Source of the DNA: Candidatus Phoenicimicrobium oleiphilum
GTDB lineage: Bacteria; Atribacterota; Phoenicimicrobiia; Phoenicimicrobiales; Phoenicimicrobiaceae
NCBI GenBank assembly: GCA_039638295.1
Contig: JBDIWJ010000020.1
Coordinates: 1-27,342, forward strand
DNA: 27,342 bases
Direction: 5' to 3'
Shown: positions 18,987 through 27,342 of the stretch, piece after piece
Numbering within the stretch: the stretch's first letter is position 1
How the letters are laid out: each line of letters opens with the position of its first letter
Translations under genes and position numbers: made by a program
Notes under the pieces: generated by a model
Database searches by the model: none
Told to the model about the DNA's origin: nothing
Seen by the model: the letters and a program-made list of their open reading frames with translations, nothing else

Positions 18987-19077
18987 AAAGCTGGCAGTCT
19001 GGCGATCATAACTAAAAAAGTTTTAGACCCATGACTTTGCGCCCTATCCTTTCGAATAGTTTGCCTTTTTCAACTTT
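18987..19077 (-). ncRNA. c-di-GMP-I (GEMM) riboswitch
   Basis: Minus strand AAAGUUG..GGCAAACUAUUC-GAAA-GGAUAGGGCGCAAAGUCAUGGGUCUAA...AUGAUCGCCAGACUGC-CAGCUUU; GAAA tetraloop, GCAAAG junction, P1 AAAGUUG/CAGCUUU; lies upstream of the HD-GYP gene. Confidence 0.93.
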
Positions 19078-19212
19078 TTAAAATTTCTAAGATTATATAT
19101 TTAATTTATCTAATAAATAAGCTATCCAGAATATTTCCGAAAATATAACTTTTAAAATATTATCACAAAATATTTTTAAATTCAAATGTTTTTTAAATAT
19201 TTTTTAAATTAC

Positions 19213-19246
19213 CTAACTATCCCACTAAAGTTTAAACTAACTTAAA
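19213..19246. repeat. 34-bp dispersed motif, copy 2
   Basis: ctaactatcccactaaagtttaaactaacttaaa, 30/34 identical to 70-103. Confidence 0.7.
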
Positions 19247-19560
19247 CATTTCCCTTTTTTATCTTTAATAAAAAGATTAAAATTGCTATAGTTAGAACAA
19301 ATTGTCCTACGGGAGATTTTAAATCTATAATATTCCCTAAAACTATGTATTTAGGAACAGGAAGCGATATTAAATTCTCGTCCATTTCTTCAGTACTAAA
19401 GTTTTTTCTCTTTTTGTTAGATTAAAAGTTCCATCTATTACACCCTGCAAATGGGACATTCTTTATTTCAATACAAAGGTATCGCTTACTTCATTTACAT
19501 CAACATTATAGTTACCTGCTGGGTAAACCACATACATCAAATGGATGTCAATTTACATGC

Positions 19561-19589
19561 TTGACAAAGACAAAACCATCTTTTATAAT
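19561..19589 (+). promoter_or_regulatory. Consensus sigma70 promoter of marR-MATE
   Basis: TTGACA (19561-19566), 17 nt, TATAAT (19584-19589). Confidence 0.85.
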
Positions 19590-19622
19590 ATTTCGTATAC
19601 TAAATATTTGTATTATAAATAT
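19589..19622. promoter_or_regulatory. Tandem palindromic operator, probably bound by MarR
   Basis: tatttcgtatactaaata and atatttgtattataaatat, each with one mismatched pair, covering the expected +1. Confidence 0.6.
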
Positions 19623-19734
19623 ATTAATGCAAAATAATTTTTAAAGTCCTAGTTTTATTATGCTTATATATATTATATATACTTTTTATTATATGATATA
19701 AATCTCAATTTATCAAAGAGGAGGAAATACAATT

Positions 19735-20190
19735 ATGTCTAATCCTAAATTTGATAATATTTCGAAAATAGTTGATCTTACCAGAAATTTTAATAAATTT
19801 ATGAGACATAAATTTCATAATTTAATACAAGATTCAGGATTTACCCTTCCCCAGATTTCAGTAATATCGATACTGGAAAAACACGGAGAGCAGAAAGTTA
19901 GTGAATTAAGTGCCAAAATAGGATTATCTGATAGTACTGTATCGGGAATCCTGGATAGGCTCGAACAAAAAGATATTATAAAACGTAAGCGCACTAAAGA
20001 TGACCGAAGAGTGGTAAAAATATCCTTAACCGGAAAAAGTCAGAAATTCTGCAATGATTTTCGCCGAAAAAAGGAAGAATATTTTGCCCAGCTACTAAAA
20101 AAACTTTCTGAACAAGAAATTAATGATATAATCAAAGGTCTGGAAATCCTTAATCGCGCACTTACTGAGGAAGAAAAAAGGAAATCGTAA
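19735..20190 (+). CDS. MarR family transcriptional regulator
   Basis: TLPQ..., VSELS..IGLSDSTVSGILDRLE, DRRVVKISLT; GAGGAGG RBS. Confidence 0.93.
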   Translation: MSNPKFDNISKIVDLTRNFNKFMRHKFHNLIQDSGFTLPQISVISILEKHGEQKVSELSAKIGLSDSTVSGILDRLEQKDIIKRKRTKDDRRVVKISLTGKSQKFCNDFRRKKEEYFAQLLKKLSEQEINDIIKGLEILNRALTEEEKRKS

Positions 20191-20203
20191 CAGGAGATAA
20201 TTT

Positions 20204-21553
20204 ATGAAACAGATGACTGCACGACTGGGAGAAGAAAGAATAGGTAAACTTTTAGTAAACTTATCTGTTCCAGCAACTATCGGTATGATGGTAAACGCAT
20301 TATATAATCTCGTTGATACTATCTTTGTCGGAAGAGGAGTGGGGGCTTTAGCCATCGGTGGATTAACTATTGCCTTCCCCATTCAAATGGTTATAATGGC
20401 TTTTGCCCAGATGATAGGAATTGGAGCAGCCTCAGCCATATCCAGAAGTCTGGGAGCAAAAGACATAGAAAAAGCTGACTATGTCGCCGGAAATTCTTTT
20501 TTATGTATAATTGTAACGAGTTTAATAATTGCTACTATCGGTCTTATTTTTACCGAACCTCTGTTAAGATTCTTCGGTTCAACAGAAACCATTTTACCTT
20601 ATGCCAAAGATTATATTACTATTATACTCTGGGGTAGTGTTTTCTCTTCCTTTGCCATGTCTTCTAATAATTTAATCAGAGCTGAAGGTAATGCTAAAGT
20701 AGCTATGGCTACCATGCTTATCGGAGCAATATTAAATATAATCCTGGATCCAATTTTTATATTTGTTTTTAAAATGGGGGTCAAAGGTGCAGCCCTGGCT
20801 ACAGTTATTTCTAAATTTGTTTCTTTTATCTATATATTAATCTATTTATATAGTGGTAAAAGTTCATTGAAAGTAAAACTACGCCACTTAAAACCTAAAA
20901 TGCATATCGTAATCGAAATACTTACTGTAGGGTTTGCAGCTTTTGCCAGGCAGGTTACCGGGAGTGTTGTAGCTATTGTAGTAAATAATTCTTTGAGGTT
21001 TTTTGGTGGAGATATGGCTTTAATAATTGTAGGTATACTTCACCGGGTTACTATGTTTGTGTTTATGCCCTTATTTGGGGTAGTTCAGGGGATGCAGCCT
21101 ATAGTAGGATTTAATTACGGAGCAAAGAACCTTGATAGGGTAAAAGAGACAATTAAATTATCGCTTATTATTACTACTGCTATTGCTACCTTTGGGTGGT
21201 TAATAATTGAATTATTCCCTTTTATAGTTATAAGTATGTTTACCAGGGAACCAGAAATAATAGAAAAAGGCTCTACTATAATGAGGATAGTTATCTCTGT
21301 GATTCCGGTAATCGGTATACAGATAGTGGGAGCAGCTCTATTTCAATCCTTGGGAAAAGCAGTTCCTTCATTGATATTGTCTTTGCTTAGACAAGTTCTA
21401 TTATTTATCCCTTTAGTTATTATACTGCCACGAATTCTTAGACTTGGACTTTTAGGTATCTGGATTGCCTATCCTGCTGCTGATATTTTATCGGTAGTCC
21501 TTACTATATTATTTTTAAAAGGTGAATTGAAAAAGATGAACTTAAGCCTTTGA
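20204..21553 (+). CDS. MATE family efflux transporter (MepA-like)
   Basis: LYNLVDTIFVG, NIILDPIFIF...GVKGAALAT, QPIVGFNYGA; multiple TM segments. Confidence 0.94.
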   Translation: MKQMTARLGEERIGKLLVNLSVPATIGMMVNALYNLVDTIFVGRGVGALAIGGLTIAFPIQMVIMAFAQMIGIGAASAISRSLGAKDIEKADYVAGNSFLCIIVTSLIIATIGLIFTEPLLRFFGSTETILPYAKDYITIILWGSVFSSFAMSSNNLIRAEGNAKVAMATMLIGAILNIILDPIFIFVFKMGVKGAALATVISKFVSFIYILIYLYSGKSSLKVKLRHLKPKMHIVIEILTVGFAAFARQVTGSVVAIVVNNSLRFFGGDMALIIVGILHRVTMFVFMPLFGVVQGMQPIVGFNYGAKNLDRVKETIKLSLIITTAIATFGWLIIELFPFIVISMFTREPEIIEKGSTIMRIVISVIPVIGIQIVGAALFQSLGKAVPSLILSLLRQVLLFIPLVIILPRILRLGLLGIWIAYPAADILSVVLTILFLKGELKKMNLSL

Positions 21554-21564
21554 TGAAATTTTTC

Positions 21565-22341
21565 TCATTTTACATTAATGTATTTCTCGTAAAATTCATT
21601 TATGATAGCATGCATATATTTATCCAGTTTTTTAAAAACAAATTTTTTAATCTCTTTCGGAACAATTCCATAATAAGCTTCAGCTATTCCTCCAGCCATA
21701 CAGGCCAGGGTATCACTATCTCCCCCCAGGGATATGGCTTTGCGAATCGCATCTTCATAATTCTCTGATTCCAGAAAAGCTATGACGGCCTGAGGTACAC
21801 TCCCTGGACAGGTGGGGTCAAAACTATACCATCTTTGAATGTCTTCTATCCTGTCTCCTAAATTGTAACTAAACTTTTTCTCGATAAATTCTTTTATTTC
21901 CTCTTTTTTCTTACCTGTTCGAGCTAAAAAGATAGCAGATGCTACTGCTTGCGCTCCTTTTATCCCTTCCAAATGATTGTGGGTAACCTGAGCGCTCTCT
22001 TTGGCCTGTTTTAATACTTCATCCAAATATTTGTAGGCAAACCCTATAGGGCTAACCCGCATAGCTGAACCATTACCCAAACTGTTATAGGGACCTGCTC
22101 CCGGGGTAAAAGCCCATCTTATGAAGTATCCTCCATATCCGGCATTAGGATATCTTTTGCAATACTCTCTATAAGTAACTGCAAAATCTTTCTGGTGTAA
22201 AATACAATCTGCAGTGGCAATAGTTAGGACTGTATCATCTGTAAAAGTACACAACTGATTAAGAAGCTTAAAATCAGTTCTTTTAATCGGTATTCCCTCA
22301 TATACCGAACCAATAATATCCCCAGCTATAGCTCCTAACAT
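21565..22341 (-). CDS. ADP-ribosylglycohydrolase (DraG/ARH family)
   Basis: MLGAIAGDIIG, TDDT, GNGSAMR, THNH, GGDSDTLACMAG. Confidence 0.93.
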   Translation of the reverse strand: MLGAIAGDIIGSVYEGIPIKRTDFKLLNQLCTFTDDTVLTIATADCILHQKDFAVTYREYCKRYPNAGYGGYFIRWAFTPGAGPYNSLGNGSAMRVSPIGFAYKYLDEVLKQAKESAQVTHNHLEGIKGAQAVASAIFLARTGKKKEEIKEFIEKKFSYNLGDRIEDIQRWYSFDPTCPGSVPQAVIAFLESENYEDAIRKAISLGGDSDTLACMAGGIAEAYYGIVPKEIKKFVFKKLDKYMHAIINEFYEKYINVK

Positions 22342-22480
22342 AATATATTCCCTACCTTGAAAATAAATTAATTCTAAATTCTATCAAAAGTACATAACTT
22401 GGCATTTTTATTATTTATCGGATGCGCAGGTCCGGGTTATATTCCAATAACCGATTCTATGTATTTTTAGATGTATCTAC

Positions 22481-23203
22481 CTATTTAAGCACTGGTTTAT
22501 TCTTATATTTTACTTCAGATTTATGGGGTAAAAATAATTTTTCCTCCGAGATATTTCTTTGTCTTAATATCATAGACCAGTCTAATCCTCTCTCCCTATC
22601 TTGCAGTAATAATTCAAAACTAATTCTCTCATGTGCTCCTAAATTCACTGCCAGGAGAATATCATTTAGAGTAAATTCCCTTTCAATATAAAGCAATAAT
22701 CTCTCCATCTCAATCCTGTAATAATCGCTTATAAAATTAAGAAAGATAATTCTCTCTGGTGCTAACCTAGTTTTGAGCCCTACTTTTTTACCTTTTCCAT
22801 GGGTTAAAGCCATCTGCATACCATGGGTATTAGGAGGTAATCCTAATATGCTAGCAACTCTACTCCAATCACCTTCCCCCTTCCGCAGGACAAAAATCAA
22901 AGGAAGTGGTCTCCGGCTTTCCCCTGAGAAAAATAAAGCAGTAACAATATCTTCGGGATAAAATCCTCTCTGACGATAGTCTAACATTAACTTAGTATCT
23001 ATTCCAAAAAATTCTCCAGCAACTGCCATTTTAAGCCTATCCAGCTTTAACTCCCCTTCCTCAAAGGAAATAGTTGGTGAAAAACTAAAATCTATACAGT
23101 AAGCACTACCTGCCATCAAAACCAGAATGAAGCCCAACAACAAAAAACAATGTATCATTCTATTCGAATATTTAATGTTCGAATTTTTTATTATCTTCTC
23201 CAT
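22481..23203 (-). CDS. Hypothetical exported protein with two internal repeats
   Basis: GAGGAGG RBS; hydrophobic signal; repeats DIVTALFF...GDWSRVASILGL and DILLAVNL...LDWSMILRQRNI. Confidence 0.75.
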   Translation of the reverse strand: MEKIIKNSNIKYSNRMIHCFLLLGFILVLMAGSAYCIDFSFSPTISFEEGELKLDRLKMAVAGEFFGIDTKLMLDYRQRGFYPEDIVTALFFSGESRRPLPLIFVLRKGEGDWSRVASILGLPPNTHGMQMALTHGKGKKVGLKTRLAPERIIFLNFISDYYRIEMERLLLYIEREFTLNDILLAVNLGAHERISFELLLQDRERGLDWSMILRQRNISEEKLFLPHKSEVKYKNKPVLK

Positions 23204-23300
23204 TTTATTGTTATCCTCCTCATTTTTTAATCTAAAAACATTTTTACTATTTAATATTATACCAAATTTTACTTAGCAGTTATATTATTTTTTGTTTAGC

Positions 23301-23657
23301 TTAGAATGGTCCTTCTAAATATTTAGAAAGGATTTGTCCAGGGTCATCAAAGGATGCTGATAGTGTCTGTTCCATAAAGAATCAATACTCCGTCAAGACC
23401 TTTTTGAAGTTCTTCTACTATAACAGAAGTAATTATTACCCATTGTTCTGGATGAAGATTAGAACTATCTTCCCCTGGCATTCCTAAAGGTTCCTCACAG
23501 ATTGCTTCTACATTTTTTCCTGATAAAATTTTTCTATATAATTATGCAATGATTTAAAGCTTTTATTGCTCGGACTTGTCACCTTCCCTTTTCCATGAAA
23601 ACTACTCACTATAGTTCCTCCGGCAAAAATCACCAAAATTCTCTTTTTCCGCTGCAT
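23301..23657 (-). pseudogene. L-asparaginase pseudogene (frameshift plus large internal deletion)
   Basis: Not in the ORF track. RBS then MQRKKRILVIFAGGTI..., frameshift in an A-run near 23515, then DSSNLHPEQW...GVLILYGTDT, then out-of-frame tail LSASFDDPGQILSKYLEGPF*. Confidence 0.85.
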
Positions 23658-23741
23658 CTTTACCCCCTCTAAAATTATTAAATATTATGATAAATAGTGA
23701 CAAAAGGTTATTTCTTGTTTTCTTCATACTTGTCATCTTCT

Positions 23742-23770
23742 TTATTCTACAAAATTTTTAAAAATCCTCT
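23742..23770 (-). promoter_or_regulatory. Possible SigH-type promoter
   Basis: Minus strand AGGA-TTTTTAAAAATTTTGTA-GAAT (AGGA-N17-GAAT) upstream of the asparaginase remnant. Confidence 0.35.
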
Positions 23771-23889
23771 TTTTGTAGAGATAAAAATGTAAGTAGATTT
23801 TTATGTAGCTTTATACTATAATTTTAAAAAAATAAAAAATTAGAAGTGGGTTGTACTATGAAGAATAAAATGAAGATAAGAAATTGTTT

Positions 23890-24411
23890 TGCCTTAGCAT
23901 CAAGCACGGCATCAAACCCTACAACAAACATCTCATTTTGTCTATTAGCTGCTTTTATAGCTTGAATTGCTCCCAGAGCCATCTCGTCATTCTGGGCAAA
24001 TACTGCATCAATTTTTGGTTGGGCTTGAAGGATATTTTCCATAACGCTCATTCCTTTAGCCCTATCAAAATCAGCTGTCTGTTTGGCAGCTAACTTAATA
24101 TCAGGATATTTTGCAATATACGTATCAAAACCCTGCCCCCTTTCTCGAGCAGCAGATGCACCGGTAATTCCTTCTAATTCTACTACGATTCCCATTCCTC
24201 CTAATTGCTCTACTACATAGGCTGCTGCCATCTCTCCTCCTTTGACATTATCAGAAGCAATGTGTAAAGCCACATCTCCACCACTAACACTGCGGTCAAT
24301 AGTTAATAGAGGAATACCAGCTTTATTAACCTGCTCAACTGCTAGAACTAAAGCATCAGCATCAGTAGGATTTAAGAGAATAACATCAACTTTTTTCTGG
24401 ATTAAGTCTTC
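23890..24411 (-). pseudogene. rbsB: Ribose/sugar ABC substrate-binding protein (RbsB-like) internal fragment
   Basis: EDLIQKKVDVILLNPTD...IDR...IASDNVKGG...NDEMALGA...VVGFDA; lacks start, signal peptide and C-terminus; begins right after the ybaK-like stop. Confidence 0.85.
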
Positions 24412-24419
24412 ATGAATTT

Positions 24420-24884
24420 CTATTTTCTTATTCTTATTACCTGCCCTTGATTGGCTTTCTGCAATTCTTTAGGGGAAATTTTAATGAGGGATTTTTCTGA
24501 ACCACCTCCGGAATATACTACTTCCTTTTCCATTACTTTCGGGTCTATTAAAAAAATAGCTGAATATCCAAAAGAGGGTACACCGCCACAGACAAAACCG
24601 ATTTTCTCCATAATTTCCTGCGGATTAGCTATCCGTGGACGTTCAATCCCCAGAGCCTTCCCTATTTTTCTAGTGCTAGCTCGATCTTCTCCTTTGACAA
24701 TAGCTACAATTAGATTCCCTTTTTTATCAACCAAACAGATATTTTTCACAAAATTTTCTGCTGATGCATTGACTGTTCTTGCTGCTTCCTCTACCGAATG
24801 ACAGGAAGTTTCAAAAGATAAATGTTCTGCTTTGATATGGTTATCTTTAATATACTTCTTAATTTTTTCTTCGTAAGAATTCAT
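24420..24884 (-). CDS. YbaK/EbsC/ProX family aminoacyl-tRNA deacylase
   Basis: HSVEEAA, VKNI (conserved Lys), GGVPSFG, YSGGGS. Confidence 0.88.
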   Translation of the reverse strand: MNSYEEKIKKYIKDNHIKAEHLSFETSCHSVEEAARTVNASAENFVKNICLVDKKGNLIVAIVKGEDRASTRKIGKALGIERPRIANPQEIMEKIGFVCGGVPSFGYSAIFLIDPKVMEKEVVYSGGGSEKSLIKISPKELQKANQGQVIRIRK

Positions 24885-24998
24885 TCTCTATAATTCAGAC
24901 CTCCAAACTACAAATTTAAGGGGAAAACAGTAGATAAAATTAGAACTAATACTACCATAAAAACCGTAAAAAACGTGTCAAAGAATAGATATTTTTTA

Positions 24999-26255
24999 TT
25001 ACTTATAAATCATATCAAATAATTGGTCTGCTATTTGCTGGTCTAAACTTTTCAGAATTTTATATTCATCCAAAGCACTATTTTTATCCCCCTGAACCAG
25101 ATAAGCCATTCCTAGACCATAGTGGGCATAAGTATAATCTGGCTGAATACGTATTGCTTGTTTAAAGGCTTCAATGGTTTTTTCATAATCCTCTAATTGA
25201 CTGTAAGCCCATCCTAAACCGTAATGAGCATCTGCATCTTCTGGATTTTGTTTAATGGCTTCCTTAAAAGCATCAACAGCTTCCTGATATTTTCCCAACT
25301 CTCCATAAGCCCAACCTAAATTATAATAAATATAACTATAATTTGGATTAATCCGAATAATTTCCTGATAAGCCTCTACGGCTTTCTCATAATCCCCTTT
25401 CTTATTATAGAGCCACCCTAAATAGAAAAAAGCATCAGTATGTTGGGGATTGATCTGGATTACTTTTTTAAAGCTTTCGATAGCTGCCTTATCTCTATTT
25501 TCTATTTTTTGGTAAAGCATACCTAATGTATAGTAAATTTCTTCAATAGAATCAGTTAACAAATCTGCAGCCTTTTTCAGGTTTTCAATAGCTTCCGGAT
25601 ATTTTTCTACTTCTTTATAATTCATCCCTAAATGGTAAAATGCCTTACCATAATCCGGTTTGAGTTGAATGGCTTTTTTTAAAACTTCAATTGACTTATT
25701 ATGCTCCCCAATTTCTTCATAAGTAATTCCTAAACCATAATAAATTTGAGCATCATTGGGAGCAAGAAGTAAAGCTTGCTTAAAAGCTGAAATAGATTCA
25801 TTATATCTTCCTAATTCATAATACACTAATCCCAGACCATAATGGGCACTGGCAAAATCTGGTTTACTACGAACCGCTTCTTTAAAAGCTTCTAATGCCT
25901 TATCATTTTTTTGAAGTTCCAGATAGGAAAGACCTAATTCATAATATGCAGAACTATAATGGGGTTTTAAGTTGGTAGCGTTTTTGTAGAAGATTACTGC
26001 TTTTTCAAATTGATGAGTAACTCTAAATATTTTTCCTATTTGGAAATGTGCTTCTGCATGTTTTGGGTCTAATTCGATAATTTGCTGGAAATAAATAAGT
26101 GCCTTTTCGAATTGTTTTTTATTTTCTAATAAATCAACACCCTGAAAGTACAGTTCTTCTATTGACTTATCCTGACTAAAACAGAGGATATTGACCGAAG
26201 CTACAAAGATAATAATCAAGGGCAAAAAAATAATTAATTTATATAGATTCCTCAT
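24999..26255 (-). CDS. Exported tetratricopeptide repeat protein
   Basis: About 10 canonical TPRs (AHYGLG..Y...A...FKQA...P); signal peptide; alternative start at 26273. Confidence 0.9.
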   Translation of the reverse strand: MRNLYKLIIFLPLIIIFVASVNILCFSQDKSIEELYFQGVDLLENKKQFEKALIYFQQIIELDPKHAEAHFQIGKIFRVTHQFEKAVIFYKNATNLKPHYSSAYYELGLSYLELQKNDKALEAFKEAVRSKPDFASAHYGLGLVYYELGRYNESISAFKQALLLAPNDAQIYYGLGITYEEIGEHNKSIEVLKKAIQLKPDYGKAFYHLGMNYKEVEKYPEAIENLKKAADLLTDSIEEIYYTLGMLYQKIENRDKAAIESFKKVIQINPQHTDAFFYLGWLYNKKGDYEKAVEAYQEIIRINPNYSYIYYNLGWAYGELGKYQEAVDAFKEAIKQNPEDADAHYGLGWAYSQLEDYEKTIEAFKQAIRIQPDYTYAHYGLGMAYLVQGDKNSALDEYKILKSLDQQIADQLFDMIYK

Positions 26256-26533
26256 CCCCCACCCCCTATTCATATTACCTAATATTTTGTGTAGGGCAGA
26301 TTAGCGATAATTGGTATATTTTTAAAGGGACAATTCTTGCAGAATATTATTTGTTACTATTGTATTACTTTCAAACAAATAGTGTTTACACTGCCCACTC
26401 TTCTCTATAAAGAATAATACTATCTATTGGAGGAAAGGTAAAGTATATTTATGCCTATCATCTAACAAAAATGAAAATATAGACCCTTTTTTGATTTTTT
26501 TCAACCCCTGTCACCTCCCTTTAATGTTGGTGG

Positions 26534-27342
26534 TTATTTGCGAATTTCATCTTCAATTGCCTTTTCAACTTTTCTTTTTACTTCTTTCCACAATTCTCTT
26601 GCTCTCTGTTCTGTTTCATATGATTGTTTAATGAGTAATGAGATTTCTTATTGGACTTTTTTAGAAAGGACTGGAATATATAAATTTTTAATTTGCTCGG
26701 GTTTCCAGTGGGTAATTGTTGATCCTCCAATATCTCTTTTTATCTGTAGCTTCCCGATAATTGAATTAATACAAAGGGCTAAATACTCTTTATTAATTTT
26801 ATTTTCATTAATCTTTAATAGAAAAACACTGCCTGTTGCAATCCGTTTTACGGGTTCCTTCACCATATAAGCTATTCCTTGCACTATATTTTTAGTTAAA
26901 AGAAAATCTCCTACTTTAAGTTTGTAAGGTACTTTGAGTTTTTGGAAGTCGAGTATGAATTCCTTAAATTTTGCTATTTTAGAATTATCTTTCAAATATC
27001 CCATAAAACTATCATAAGTGGACTGAAAATATTCAGCATCTATACGATGAGCCTTAAATATCTTAGCAAGATTAGCAGTATAAGAAAGTTCATATTTTGA
27101 TTAGAAACCATTTAGCCCCAGTTTTTCTAAAAGAAGGGTTTCAGCTTGTGAATAAACTGCAATGAACGTTCTAAAAAAGGATATGCCGAACTACCTGTTT
27201 TGCTAATCTACCATTTCTCTTTGCTAATCGATAAAGTCTTAGAGGTTATATGACAAATAAAAGTCTACCACCTTTTTATCACTTGCTTGGGTTAGCTCAA
27301 AGGGAATCTTCTTAATCAATTGGAGATAATAAGAAGGTTCCC
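26534..27342 (-). pseudogene. Restriction-modification specificity (S) subunit pseudogene
   Basis: YSQAETLLLEKLGL...RIDAEYFQ...EYLALCINS.IGKLQ...I.NL.IP...Q*EIS...VEKAIE; in-frame stops at 27101-27103 and 26648-26650; degraded upstream to the window edge. Confidence 0.8.

Noticed and set aside
18987..19077. 3',3'-cGAMP-sensing GEMM-Ib variant
   Set aside because: The position equivalent to Vc2 nucleotide 20 is G, not A
19211..19246. Integron attC/attI site (GTTAGGT core)
   Set aside because: No complementary RYYYAAC arm or hairpin, copy 1 lacks GTTRRRY, and there is no integrase
23824..24273. Intact 149-aa RbsB gene as called by the ORF track
   Set aside because: Homology extends upstream of the called start and stops before the called end, so it is a fragment
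26291..26314. GTAGGGC-type REP element
   Set aside because: The palindrome is too degenerate to support
308..26870. Short antisense ORFs in the track (308, 940, 4010, 7770, 9695, 13080, 16307, 16740, 18194, 20095, 21550, 22422, 22773, 23884, 24451, 26538)
   Set aside because: They overlap well-supported genes or pseudogenes on the other strand and show no recognisable motifs
26648..27004. Intact 118-aa protein
   Set aside because: It is the segment between two premature stops of a longer S-subunit pseudogene

Overview
AT-rich bacterial chromosomal region with almost all genes on the minus strand. The style suggests an uncultured anaerobe, possibly Atribacterota/JS1-like (inference only). 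From left to right: a DppA/OppA peptide-binding protein; a peptidoglycan-remodelling cluster (5xLysM-M23, Xis-like HTH, Zn-ribbon protein, TPR-lytic transglycosylase, broken DacB); a long co-directional run that reads pyk, Zn-ADH, MBL hydrolase, DUF362 Fe-S protein, HD protein, histidine phosphatase, Cas4/RecB-like nuclease, CDF transporter and a TAT-less reductive-dehalogenase-like protein in transcription order; a PAS/HD-GYP phosphodiesterase under a c-di-GMP-I riboswitch; a MarR-MATE pair with a consensus promoter and operator; an ADP-ribosylglycohydrolase; and an eroded tail (asparaginase, RbsB and restriction S-subunit pseudogenes) around ybaK-like and TPR genes. Highlights are the riboswitch-phosphodiesterase feedback unit, the orphan cytoplasmic RdhA-like gene, an unexplained 34-bp motif repeated 19 kb apart, and recurrent internal-deletion pseudogenes. 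No CRISPR array, tRNA, rRNA, integrase or transposase was seen.
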